From assembly GCF_027921745.1 (NCBI RefSeq), contig NC_079238.1, forward strand, positions 1,922,001-1,986,000: a stretch of DNA of 64,000 nucleotides, given 5' to 3'. A program made the position numbers and the translations under genes. This document shows, piece by piece, positions 13,269-24,664 of the stretch. Positions within the stretch are counted from its first letter, which is position 1; each line of letters begins with the position of its first letter. The notes under the pieces were generated by a model that had not been told where the DNA came from, did no database searches, and worked only from the letters and a program-made list of their open reading frames with translations. Source of the stretch: Schizosaccharomyces osmophilus. Its lineage: Eukaryota.

Positions 13269-13580
13269 GGGTAGAGGAGAGGCAGTTGAATTGTGGTTTG
13301 GCAAAAGAGAGAAACGACATATGTTTGATTTGATGACCATCTCATAAACGAAACGGATTTATAGCAAGAAATGATGATTGATGTATGGAATACGGATTTT
13401 AGTAAGAATCATAAATGAATTCATAATATGGATGATAGATTGAAAGTATGGAAAAGAGAAATATCTATGGATTTGGAAAGTGTAGAAAGAGAGGAAAATG
13501 GATGGATGGGACGGGATGTTTACTAACGCAGTGGAAGGAGGGATGATAGGGAGGGCAAACGAAGGGAAAGGAGAGAGAAG

Positions 13581-13609
13581 CCCTAACCTAGAGAAGAAGA
13601 ATGTGACTG
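13581..13609 (+). promoter_or_regulatory. Homol E-like (CCCTAACCTA) and Homol D (TGTGACTG, 13602-13609) boxes of the rpl26 promoter
   Basis: Homol D (CAGTCACA/TGTGACTG) is the established fission-yeast ribosomal protein promoter element; here about 65 nt upstream of the ATG. Confidence 0.8.
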
Positions 13610-13674
13610 TTTCTTGACACGACACAAACCTTGAAAGGAGGAGAAGATGAATTTCACCAGACCCACGACACAAA

Positions 13675-14055
13675 ATGAAGTTCTCCAGGAATGTATCCGA
13701 CTCTCGCCGCAAGCAGAGAAAGGCCCACTTTGCCGCCCCTTCCTCTGTTCGCCGTGTGTTGATGTCTGCTCCTCTTTCTAAGGAACTTAGAGAGCAATAC
13801 AACATCCGCTCCCTTCCTGTTCGTCGTGATGACCAAGTCGCCGTTGTCCGTGGATCCAACAAAGGTCGTGAGGGCAAGATTACTTCTGTCTACCGTAAGA
13901 AGTTCCTCTTGCTTATCGAGCGTGTGACTCGTGAAAAGGCCAACGGAGCCTCTAGCCCTCTTGGTATTGATGCCTCCAAGGTTGTGATCAACAAGCTTCA
14001 CCTTGACAAGGACCGTAAGAACTTGATTCTTCGCAAGGGTGGTAAGGTCGAGTAA
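13675..14055 (+). CDS. rpl26: 60S ribosomal protein L26 (uL24)
   Basis: [39 protein letters not shown] with KOW motif. Confidence 0.98.
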   Translation: MKFSRNVSDSRRKQRKAHFAAPSSVRRVLMSAPLSKELREQYNIRSLPVRRDDQVAVVRGSNKGREGKITSVYRKKFLLLIERVTREKANGASSPLGIDASKVVINKLHLDKDRKNLILRKGGKVE

Positions 14056-15964
14056 ATTTTATAAAATGGATTTATTTAGCACTGGACCGTACATGGGGGG
14101 ACGTTGACGGTAGTAGAGAGTAAATTGTAGGGAAATTGGAGAGTAGATTGAAGTGTAGAAAAGGAAATAGTGCAGGTTTATCTTGGTGGAAAAAGCAAAC
14201 TACTTTTTTTGTCATAAACGTCCTGCGCAGAAGAATGCCTTTCTGCAGACCATGCTAGATGAACGGATGGGTAGTTTGGTTTGAAGAGAGGGGACATGCA
14301 ATTGAGGAGAGTAAGAGTATGAATGTTTAAAAAAGCAAGTATCAGAAAGGCGAGTGAAAAGTAGTTGAAGAATTGAGTTTCGTAAGGAGGAATTTTAGGA
14401 GGAAAATAATAGGAAAATAAAAATAAAAGAATAAAAATAAAAATAAAAGAGAAAGAAAAATAAAGGAGAAATAAAAAATTTCTACAAGGAAGACTGAGAT
14501 TTGGTAGTGAAGTATAGTATGTAAGAAAAGGTGTTTATTTTCCTTTTATAGAAAATTACAATGTCAATGTTTGTATGGCAGCGATGTCTCGTCCAACTTT
14601 TAATTTTATTTAAATGTCAACATTCATTCATCCAGCTCTTCCTCTCTCTCTCTCTCTCTCTATGTCTTTGCCCGTCCCTTCCCTCCTCCACTACGTGCTT
14701 GCCGCTCATACGGCATCCCAGGGCATCCCAGGACACTAACACAACCAGCCAAGATATCCAGACATCCAGATTGCAATCAATCAGCGATGCTAGAATTCAA
14801 GAGGCGATAGAGATAAACAAAGCAAAAACAAAAACAAAAAAAAACCTCGAAAAGTGCAAGAAAATCTTTTTCAATGCATGATGATTCTTTTCATTTTTCA
14901 TTTTTCTTCAAGAAAACATCAAGGAACCCTCGTTAGGAAACCTCGACAGGACTAGCACTCAATACGAAGGAAGCCATCCTCACAAACATCTACTATAGCA
15001 CGACACCACACAGCACACCCCTCCCCCCACCTGACTCTCGAAAGAGAACGCGAGATAACAAAAGTTTGTATTCATAGTTCGCTGTCGTGGTTCATATCAT
15101 GCAAAGGAAGAAAGAAGATAGCAAGCCATGCGTCACGTGGATACGCAATGGGTTTTCTTTTGTATCTAGAGCAAAACGTTTAGATAAACATGAACTTTAC
15201 ACGTGGTTTTGATTGCAAGAGGTGATATTCTTCTACACGACCAAGTCACAACCAATTGATCGCTAAAGCTGGTTCTTTTTTTTTTTTGCTTGTTTTTGCT
15301 AGTTTTTGTTTGTTTTTGTTTGTTTTTTTGCTTTGTTATCGTCATTCCATGTTATTGTGAGAGTAGAACGATTAAAGAATGGAATGAATAGAAAAGAAAG
15401 GATAATTTAACTGTGTCGGTTTGTTTACATTTGATAGAGGATCGCTTGCGTCTTAATCACTCGTGTTTGGATAATCACCTGCTCGACATGCTCTTCATGA
15501 AAACTGTAAGTTTGTTTATCGGGTTTGTTTTGTCTATCTTATCCTATTTGATTTGTGTTTCCCCTCCCATATGCTATGGGGTAAACTTAGCCTGTTTTGG
15601 CTGATAAACTCCATCCAGAGACGAAGGAGACGAAGAAAATAAGACATAAAAGGCGAGGTTCGCTCCTTTGAATACAAACAAGTATCTCGAGTGTGTCTTG
15701 GAATTCATCCTTTAGATTTCTTTTTATTATCCTTTAAATTTCTTCTTATTATCCTTTTGTATTTCTGATTTTTACTTTTTACTTTTTTTTTTCTTTTTTC
15801 TTCCCTTTCCATCACATGTTGAGTCTATTTCTTTCTTTTCTCCTCTAGTTTTATTTCCATCTCTTTTTTTTTTTTTCTCTCTCTTCTTTTATTTTTCTTT
15901 CTTTCGTCTAAAGATTCCTCCTTACGAAACTTAATTCTTCAACTACTTTTCACTCGTCTTTCCC

Positions 15965-18379
15965 ATGGCTTCCACCCTTGATGCCTCGATTTCCTCGTCC
16001 ATCAACATCTCCTCCCCCTCCCATGGAGGACTGGGCGAGGAAATCCATGCCTCCGAGTCCTCTACCTCTCTAAATTCCGTCAAACAATCCAACAAGGATG
16101 CCAATGTCAATGCTTATCCCATCAAAGACAAAGACAAAAAGGGAGAAATCTCTTCTCGCTCTTCCGACGATATCGAAAAGGGTGACATCGTCGAAGGTGA
16201 ATATGTCGACCTTGAAAACGATTCCCCCTATCCAGAAGTTCGTGCCTCCGTTCCCTCTACCGATGATCCTTCAATGCGTTGTAATACCATCCGTATGTGG
16301 ACCATCGGTTTCCTCTTTGCTACTGTCGGTTCCGCCGTCAATATGTTCTTCTCTCTCAGAAACCCTCCAGTCACCATCACTGTCCTCATCGCTCAACTCG
16401 TCGCCTACCCTTGTCTCAAGGGTTGGGACCTCATCTTCCCCGACCGCCAATTTCGCATTGGCCGTCTCCGTTTCAATTTCAAACCTGCTCCCTTCAATAT
16501 GAAGGAACATACCCTCATTGTAATCATGTCTTCCGTCTCCTTTGGTAGTGCTTATTCCACAGACATTATCCTTTCTCAACGCGCTTTTTATAAGCAACGC
16601 TTCGGTTTCGGTTATGAAATCTGTCTTACTCTCGCTACCCAACTCATCGGCTATGGGCTTGCAGGTGTTTCCCGTAAAATCTTGGTTCGTCCTGCCAGCA
16701 TGGTTTGGCCCAGCAACCTTGTCAACTGTGCCCTTATGAAAACTTTGCATTTACCCAGCAAGGTTGCTCACCTCAAAAGCGCAAATGGCTGGAACATTTC
16801 TGCTTATCGTTTCTTTCTCATCGCCTTCGCAGGTTGCTTTTTTTGGACTTGGTTCCCTAATTACATCTTTACCGCCCTTTCTCTTTTTGCTTGGGTCACT
16901 TGGATTAAACCCAAAAGTCCCGTTGTTAACCAACTTTTTGGTGAAAGTACCGGTATCTCCTTAATTCCCATCACCTTTGACTGGAACTCCATCAGTGGCT
17001 ATCTGAGCTCTCCTCTTATGTTTCCTTCTGATGCCATTTTTAATACTTTAATCAGCACCGTCCTTTTCTTTTGGATCGTCACTCTTGGTGTTCACTATAG
17101 CAACGTCTGGTATGGAAGCTATCTTCCCATTTGCAGTAATTCTATTGTGGATCATTTCGGAAGCTCTTATAATGTTAGTCGCATTCTTACCCCAGACTTC
17201 AGATTAGACCTAAAGTCCTTCCAAGAATACTCCCCTCTTTTTATGCCTAGCGCTTCTGCCGTATCCTTTGGTCTTTCCTTTGCTTCTATGAGTGCCGTTA
17301 TCTTTCACGTCGTCCTCTATTATGGTAAGGATATCTGGGCCCGCATTCGCAACCCTCCGAAACCAGATATCCATGAACGCCTTATGGAACAGTACAAAGA
17401 AGTCCCCTTTTGGTGGTACTTGTCCATCTTCATTGCCTTTTTCGGTATGATGATGGGCGTTTGCTATGGATGGCCCACTGAAACTCCTGCTTGGGTCGTC
17501 ATTGTCGGTTTGATTTTCGCCGCCGTCTGGTTCATACCTGTTGGTGTTATTTATGCCATTACCAACGTCGAGCTTGGCATGAATGTCTTTACCGAATATA
17601 TCGTTGGTTACATGTATCCCGGTCATCCTTTGGCTAATATGATCTTTAAGACTGTTGGCTACATCACTCAAGCACAAGCCCTGGCCTTTGTCAGTGATCT
17701 CAAGTTAGGTCACTACATGAAGGTTCCTCCAAGAATGATGTTTTGGACTCAAACCCTTGCCAGTATTTGGTCCTGCTTTGTTCAAATCGGCGTTTTAGAT
17801 TGGGCTCTCGGTAACATTAAAAACGTATGTGATCCTGGTCAAACTGATGGCTACACCTGCCCTGGCGCTAAAACTTTTTTTAATTCCTCCGTTATTTGGG
17901 GTGTAATCGGTCCTCAACGCATGTTCTCCGGCCAGTATCTTTACACTAATTTGCAATACTTTTGGCTTGCTGGTGCTCTTTCAACCGTTTTGTTTTGGGC
18001 TTTATGGAAAAAATGGCCTCAAAGATGGTGGGGCAAGCTCAGTGCTCCTATTATCTTTGGTGGTACGGGTATGCTGCCTCCTGCTACCCCTACCAATTAT
18101 TTGGTATGGTGCGGCATTGGTATTTTCTTCAACTACTTCATCAAGAAGAGATTCTATAGTTGGTGGGCAAAGTACAACTTCAATTTGTCCGCTGCCCTTG
18201 ATACCGGTATGGAGCTGGCCCTCATCATCATCTTTTTCTGCCTCCAACTCCCGAATGTTAGCTTTCCAAGCTGGTGGGGCAACGTTGGTGCGTTTGATAC
18301 CATGGATGCAAGTGGCACTGCCGTCTTAAAGACCGTGAATGAAACTGCCGGCGAATTCTTTGGACCCACAAAGTGGTAA
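15965..18379 (+). CDS. isp4: OPT-family oligopeptide transporter Isp4
   Basis: 804 aa, OPT signature SPYPEVRASVPSTDDP and DLKLGHYMKVPPR, many transmembrane segments; synteny. Confidence 0.93.
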   Translation: MASTLDASISSSINISSPSHGGLGEEIHASESSTSLNSVKQSNKDANVNAYPIKDKDKKGEISSRSSDDIEKGDIVEGEYVDLENDSPYPEVRASVPSTDDPSMRCNTIRMWTIGFLFATVGSAVNMFFSLRNPPVTITVLIAQLVAYPCLKGWDLIFPDRQFRIGRLRFNFKPAPFNMKEHTLIVIMSSVSFGSAYSTDIILSQRAFYKQRFGFGYEICLTLATQLIGYGLAGVSRKILVRPASMVWPSNLVNCALMKTLHLPSKVAHLKSANGWNISAYRFFLIAFAGCFFWTWFPNYIFTALSLFAWVTWIKPKSPVVNQLFGESTGISLIPITFDWNSISGYLSSPLMFPSDAIFNTLISTVLFFWIVTLGVHYSNVWYGSYLPICSNSIVDHFGSSYNVSRILTPDFRLDLKSFQEYSPLFMPSASAVSFGLSFASMSAVIFHVVLYYGKDIWARIRNPPKPDIHERLMEQYKEVPFWWYLSIFIAFFGMMMGVCYGWPTETPAWVVIVGLIFAAVWFIPVGVIYAITNVELGMNVFTEYIVGYMYPGHPLANMIFKTVGYITQAQALAFVSDLKLGHYMKVPPRMMFWTQTLASIWSCFVQIGVLDWALGNIKNVCDPGQTDGYTCPGAKTFFNSSVIWGVIGPQRMFSGQYLYTNLQYFWLAGALSTVLFWALWKKWPQRWWGKLSAPIIFGGTGMLPPATPTNYLVWCGIGIFFNYFIKKRFYSWWAKYNFNLSAALDTGMELALIIIFFCLQLPNVSFPSWWGNVGAFDTMDASGTAVLKTVNETAGEFFGPTKW

Positions 18380-19301
18380 TAACGATGTTCTTTTTTGTTT
18401 TTCTTCCGTTTATAGAGGTGGACGGACTGGACTGTCTTGAAAGTTGTTGCTAATTTTGATACCGATATCTCTTCTTTATCTTTTACTTTATACTAATAGC
18501 TTTCTATGCTTCATTGCTTTATGTGTTTTATCTTATATTCGCTTTCAACGTTTTATTTATGTGATATATAATATACTGAATAATCATTATTTTCGTTTTA
18601 TGAAAAGAATGTCCTTTTGTAAGAATCATGCTACAATCGTGTATCTCTTCTCTCTATGATCATGGTAAAAAGGGGAAGAAAATTCAGCAAGTAGTATGTA
18701 GAGCTTTGTTTAAACATAAAATCGATTGACGCTTGTGTCTTTCTACGATTTACCAACTATGGATGGATGCCAAGTGGATGATGATGATGATGAAGGCTGT
18801 TATCCAGCAAACACCAAAAACTACACGCTTTTTTGAAAAGAATCAACCAAAAAATGTATTCTATATTTTTGTTTATATACTCTGCCAATTTTGTCTTCTT
18901 TAGGCATTTTCACGATTTCAAAAGACGTCATTGCAGACATCCTTTATTTCTTATAGTAAAACAGTAAACGGTTTAAAGTATTCTCATACATAAACATTGA
19001 CCGTTTGAAAACATTCACATAAACATAATAAAACTGATTTCATGCGTCAAGCTGAAAAAATCGATAAATGTAACAAACAAGTTATTCAAGTCCATACAAG
19101 CATTTCAGCAACGACAAAGATGCACTGAAAATTAAAGGGCTTTTATTTTCAAAACCATAGCAATCATTAATAATTAAACGAAGCGTATCAAACAATTATT
19201 TCAATTAGGGAATGCCTTTCTGTGGCATTGCTTGCTTTTTTTTTGAAATCCACATCAGCCAATTAAGGTGTGGATTTCCCATTCACGATTAAATACTAAA
19301 A

Positions 19302-20966
19302 CTAGTAACCTAAATTAATCCGTTGGGACATATCACCATTGCCGATGATTGTTGTAGCGACCGCTGCAGAATTGCCTTTTGCAACTGGACACTCTTTGTG
19401 AGCAATTAACAGTGTTTTCAAACTGACAATTTCTTCTCTGAGAGCACTAACCTGCGCGCTCAAAATCTCATTTTCATTGCCATAAAATTCAACCTTCGCT
19501 TGAAGATTGGATAGCCATTGCTTTTTGCGTTGGCGACACTTGAGCGCAGCTTGGCGATTGCGTTCTAAAAAGCTTTTTCGTTTTTCATCATCAGTTTCAT
19601 TTTTCGAATTTCGACGAGGAGTCGAGCCACTTTTACTATTACTACTATCACCATTAAAACCGTCAATATCCTTCATGTCAGTCTCGCTAGGAGATCCTGA
19701 AGGAGATACATTGGAGTTACCGGACATAGCACGCGGTATAGCACGCGGTTGTGATTCCTGATGTTCACTGACTTCAGATTTGACTTGAACCGGCATACCG
19801 TTGCTAGATACCTCTCTGCCTCCACCCCGTCCCATGTGAGACATGTTGTTCATGTGCATTCCATAATTGTTGGATGGACGTAAATTGAGAGAAGGATCAG
19901 CAGGGTTGACAGTTTCGCCATACACGGAAGGCTGCATATCACCACGCATTTGGTTGGCATTCATGTAATAAGGTTGTTGGCCCATATTTTGGTGTTCCAT
20001 GGGATTGTTGCCATTGTGTGTAAAAGACGGACGAATAGACTCGGGATAATGCTGAGATTGCTGAGACTGAGATTGTTTCAGCAAATTCGCAACAGCCGCC
20101 GATGTCGAAGGATCCGTCTCATGCGGAATGGATTGCTGCATTTTTTGCTGCTCAGGGACTTGTGAAAGTAAACAAAGACCGTGAACGGCAGCATTGGCAC
20201 CAAAGTAATCAGACTGTTCTCCATTTGTACCAGTCGAAACAGGAGGCTTGCCGTCTCTCGGAGTGAAACGATACTGATCAGGATACTGTGAATCAAAGGG
20301 TTGAAATCCTAAAAGATTAGCAGTTCCGGGTGAAGGAGCAGGAAAACTAGCACCTGTTGGGGTTAGAAAAGAACGAAAAGATTCATTGCCTCCAGGGGTG
20401 AATCCAGTACCAAAGGAGAACCTTGATCCCATAGCCATTGAAGCGGGGTCAGAAGGAGTGTTGAGGTAGTCAGGTCGAAGAGTGGCATCGTAAATAGCAG
20501 GAGAAAGGGGGTTTTGCGCACCTGGACGACTAAACCCAGACCATGCAGGATACGCAAGTGGGGAAGCAATACCAGGAGCACCCAAAATATCTGGAGAGGC
20601 GATGGAAGACACGGGAGGAAGTAAAGTTCGGGAAAGGGAAGGAGGGATTGCGGAAGGAACAGGGCGATTCGTAGAAGTACCTGGATGTTGATTTACAGAA
20701 GGAGTAGAACCGAAAGAATGCTCAAAAGGGTTAGGCTCAAAATCCAATTTTAATGAACCAACGAAAGAAGGAGTCACTCCTGCAGGCTGTTCAAGAGGAT
20801 CACCACCATCGTTCGATTGCGGTTGCTGAGGCGGTTGCGCAGAAGGGATACCTATGTTGTTGGGAACAGAAGGGTTATTTTTGTTCACGGCAGAATTAGA
20901 ATTAAGGTTGGGAGGGACTTCAGAGGAGTTGTAGTTGTTCGGCGCGTTATTGGGAGAAGGAGACAT
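19302..20966 (-). CDS. atf1: bZIP transcription factor Atf1
   Basis: LDFEPNPFEHSF, LLPPVSSIASP and GTGFTPGG (Aft1 OSA/HRA/HRR motifs) plus C-terminal bZIP EKRKSFLERNRQAALKCRQRKKQW. Confidence 0.97.
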   Translation of the reverse strand: MSPSPNNAPNNYNSSEVPPNLNSNSAVNKNNPSVPNNIGIPSAQPPQQPQSNDGGDPLEQPAGVTPSFVGSLKLDFEPNPFEHSFGSTPSVNQHPGTSTNRPVPSAIPPSLSRTLLPPVSSIASPDILGAPGIASPLAYPAWSGFSRPGAQNPLSPAIYDATLRPDYLNTPSDPASMAMGSRFSFGTGFTPGGNESFRSFLTPTGASFPAPSPGTANLLGFQPFDSQYPDQYRFTPRDGKPPVSTGTNGEQSDYFGANAAVHGLCLLSQVPEQQKMQQSIPHETDPSTSAAVANLLKQSQSQQSQHYPESIRPSFTHNGNNPMEHQNMGQQPYYMNANQMRGDMQPSVYGETVNPADPSLNLRPSNNYGMHMNNMSHMGRGGGREVSSNGMPVQVKSEVSEHQESQPRAIPRAMSGNSNVSPSGSPSETDMKDIDGFNGDSSNSKSGSTPRRNSKNETDDEKRKSFLERNRQAALKCRQRKKQWLSNLQAKVEFYGNENEILSAQVSALREEIVSLKTLLIAHKECPVAKGNSAAVATTIIGNGDMSQRINLGY

Positions 20967-21996
20967 AATGAAAAGTAAATGGAGTAGACGTAAGAATCGG
21001 TGAATATAGATAAAAAAAACAAAAATAAATAAACGAGTAAAATTACAGAGTGTTCAGTACCAATATACGACAATAGATGACAGTAGAAGAAGACCGAAAA
21101 TTCCAATTCAATAATTGAATTCCAAAATTGTAAAGTAAATAACAAACGTGCCAGTTAAGGAGGAAAGAAGAACGAATTAAACAAAGTCAAAGAAAATAAA
21201 TGAAAGGGGATGTCGATTAAACGGAAACTAATGTACTAGAATGTGACGAGGAACTAGAGTAGAGATGTTAGTAACTTTAAAATTTGAAATGTAAAGACAT
21301 GGGAATCATGGTTCTTGTACAAGAAGGGAGAGAAATCAAAAAAGGCTGTTTTCTTTAGATGCAATAATAATGGCAATAGCAAAAGAATAAAAGGAATTAA
21401 GAAAAAGTCAAGGTCAAAGTCAAAGGAAGGAAAAAAAGAACCTAAAGCACCGAAAAAATTTTCATTCAAAAATTGAAAGAAAAAAAAAAGTCAAAAGTGA
21501 TTACATATATGTGAATCAAAATTGCTAACAGAACACTCGTCGTAGCATTATGGCAGCTTCCCTTTTCTTCCTCTTCCTCTTCCTCTTCACTAGCAAAAGA
21601 CCACACAACAGCTCAACCTTCGTTGTCTCCCTTCATGACGAAACCCTGATCCAACAACATTCTTACCTCAAAGTAAAGCAGTGATACTTTATTATCAAGT
21701 CAAATTATATTTGGTTTAGGTCTGGGGTGGAGAGCCAAGTGTTCGTCATGAACTGATGAAATCGTTATTCAGATGTACTTAAGCGATGAGCACTATATAA
21801 AAATGATGAAAAAACTCGGTCAACGCTCAAAAACTGAAAGAATCAAAGACTCGTCAAATTTGTTCAGAAAAGTCGCTCATAAATACTTTCAATGGGCCTT
21901 CTTTCTTATTTTTCTCCCAAGTTCTTGAATGCGTGTATAGTAGATGGCAAGTTTTCTTTTCAAGGTTCTAGCAACTCGGATTCTGGAAAAGCAGTC

Positions 21997-22004
21997 TACG
22001 TCAT
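21997..22004 (-). promoter_or_regulatory. CRE/M26 site ATGACGTA upstream of atf1
   Basis: Plus strand tacgtcat. ATGACGT is the established Atf1-Pcr1 site. Confidence 0.55.
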
Positions 22005-22748
22005 GTGTTACTTCTGAAGGAGGCTCAAGCCAATGATAATATGTTGTTGTACTTTAGACCGATTCCATGAAGGTCTCGAAGGTAGCAAAGTAAACCTTCG
22101 TTAATCTTCGTTTACTAAATGTTAAACACGAAAAACGAGCCCTTACACGTTACAGTGACGAAAGAGAAAAGTAGCAGCAAGACAAAGACATAGGAGAGAG
22201 AAAGGCAAAAGTGTATGAAGACTGTGGGGGAGTGTAAACAAACGACTAAGAAAAGAAAAAGAAAAAGAGTAAGAGAAAGCGAAGATTTTGAAAGGAGGAA
22301 CTTTGGTAATAAAACAGCAAGCAATTGTATCGAGGCGTTGGGTTTTCAGAAACCTTTTCTTTCCTCCTTTTCCTCTAGGAAATAAATGAATTTGTTCTAT
22401 GAAGAAAATGTCTTTATGGGGTTTCCACGAATTTTCTTTATTAAAAGTTGTTTATTCTTATTTTATGTATTTTTTTACTCTATTTTCTTTTCACCTTTTT
22501 GTTGGTTTCTTTTACTTCTAGCCTTCTCATTTGTTTTTTGACAGCTTTTGTTTACCTTTTACTGCGACGCGCTCTAATACTTTGAATTTACCAGCCATTT
22601 TTTTGTGAGTTCGACAAAGGCTTCTTGCAAGTGTTGCTAATAAAAGAATATTTTTATTTTTATTTTATTTTTGTCTTTTTCCTTTCTTGTAGGCTGAAGG
22701 AGTATCGAAAATCAAAATCTCTTGCTAACAGATTTGGCATGGCATACA

Positions 22749-23689
22749 ATGTCAAATAAGCAACTAGGGACCCTTATTGTACGCGTTGCAAATGCGGTAA
22801 GTGTTGCTTTTTGGTGCGCTTTGCTTTGGTGTGCTTTAAATTGCTGAATTCTTCGTCTTGTTCTCTGGCTTTGCTAACCCCGACCATGTAGAAAAATTTG
22901 CCCAACAAGGCTCTTATCGGGAAACAAAACCCTTACTGTAGCTGTCGTGTTGGAGAAATTGTAAAGCGTACCCATACCGATAAACGGAGCGGGCAAGCTC
23001 CTTTTTGGAATGCGGTTTTGGAATTTCCCATTCGCAGCGAAAGTTACAACACCATGAAGGTGTACGTGTACCATCAAGGATTCCGGAAACACGCCCATCT
23101 AATCGGTGACACCGTACTTTCATTTCAAAAAGCTCTCAACCAAGGCGAGCAAAGCCAATGGTATGAATTAAAAAACGACTTTCAATTTGCTGGCGAAATC
23201 TCTATTCAATTCAAATTTCTCCCTTCTGACCCCGATTACTTCAAATTCGCCAATCCTTCCACTTCTACGACTTCTCTTCCTTTCCCCCAATTTAGTGTTG
23301 CTACGTTGGCCTCTTTACCGACTTCTGCCTCTGATCCGTCCATTTCCACTAAAAAGACGAAAAAGACGCGCCATCCTCTTCCCACTCCCCCAATCGGTCC
23401 CTCTCAGGACTATAACGATTTCCTTGACGATGCATCGTCCTTTTCCCACCAAGCAAACGAATTGCCTTCTTTCCCATCTCCCTCCATGGTTGACGAATAT
23501 TATTACGAGAATGACTATCCGGAATCCGTCGACGAATTTCCAATAGACGAGCCTTCGATATATTCTCATTCCACTCTTCCACCCGTTCCCATAATCCAAG
23601 AGGATCCCGACAATTATCACCCTCTGCCTCCAGTTCCTCCTCCTCACACATCGCATCGGGACTCGTTTCCCTCATCTTATTATCGCTAA
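22749..23689 (+). CDS. fic1: C2-domain cytokinesis protein Fic1; intron 22797-22891
   Basis: Exon 1 MSNKQLGTLIVRVANA joins KNLPNKALIGKQNPYC (C2 domain); PxxP-rich tail. Confidence 0.9.
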
Positions 23690-24217
23690 AATATTATGGT
23701 GTCTTGCATGTCCTATTCCCTTGACTACTATTTATCCATTCTACCCATTCTTGCTCTCTTTCAATTTCGTTTGTTTTTGGGTTGTTCTCTTTCATTTCAA
23801 ATACCTTCCTCTCATTCTACACTCTACAATAGATTTCCCTTTCTTCTTATACAAAGCTTTTCGTTTTTGACTGCATTCTCCTTTCATCCTCTCTGCATAG
23901 ACATTTATCATGCATGCCGCTTTTTTTTGCTACAAATAAAACAGCTGTTGTTTTCTACTTGAACATTCATATTGGCAAAAACGATATTGTCGCTCCTTAT
24001 ATATTCAAACTTTTAAACTTTCATTACTTGCACGTTTACTCCTTCAACAGCAATTTCCGAAAAAGGGACATAAATATTTTCATCATTAAACAAAGGAACA
24101 AAAAACATAAGCTTCTTTAATATTTTCTCTCTTTTTTTTTTCCTTTCGTTAAAAAGACAGTGATTATGATTTCCAATAACCACGCAAATCTAACAAGAAG
24201 GACTTTTCCCCTATCGG

Positions 24218-24664
24218 TTACTTCTTTTTAGGGCCACCCAAAGGCGCACCGATGTTTTGACCACGCAACTTCACACCCAAAGCACGCTCCATCTTGGTCA
24301 AAACTTGTTGGGTAGGTACACCACGACTACCTTCATAGTCGTTGACGACCTGAGGCTTTTCGTTGATTCTTTGGGCCAAATCCTTTTGTGCCCATTTCTT
24401 GTCTTGGCGTGCCTTTTGAATCGCTTGAGCAACAGAACGGTTGGTGGTCGATGGAGGCTTGACCTCGTTTTCACGGTCTATCTTGGTTAAGTGCTGTCCA
24501 GCAGGATCTTGAGAGCGATTGCCAGTGGCATACTTCTTTTCAGTGCCAACAACGGCTCCAGCACGACGAGCGCTGTTGAGTTGAGATTGTGTCTTGGCAA
24601 CATGAGTGCGTGCTCCAGGTCCAGTACGGCTTCCAATGGTTGTAACGTTATCCCAGTCAGACAT
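24218..24664 (-). CDS. mbf1: Multiprotein bridging factor 1
   Basis: MSDWDNVTTIG..HTH motif QKDLAQRINEKPQVVNDYE..MERALGVKLRG. Confidence 0.97.
   Translation of the reverse strand: MSDWDNVTTIGSRTGPGARTHVAKTQSQLNSARRAGAVVGTEKKYATGNRSQDPAGQHLTKIDRENEVKPPSTTNRSVAQAIQKARQDKKWAQKDLAQRINEKPQVVNDYEGSRGVPTQQVLTKMERALGVKLRGQNIGAPLGGPKKK

Noticed and set aside
21753..21838. Box C/D snoRNA-like arrangement (TGATGA..TGATGA..CTGA)
   Set aside because: No terminal stem, only short doubtful rRNA complementarity, and it overlaps the probable atf1 TATA region.
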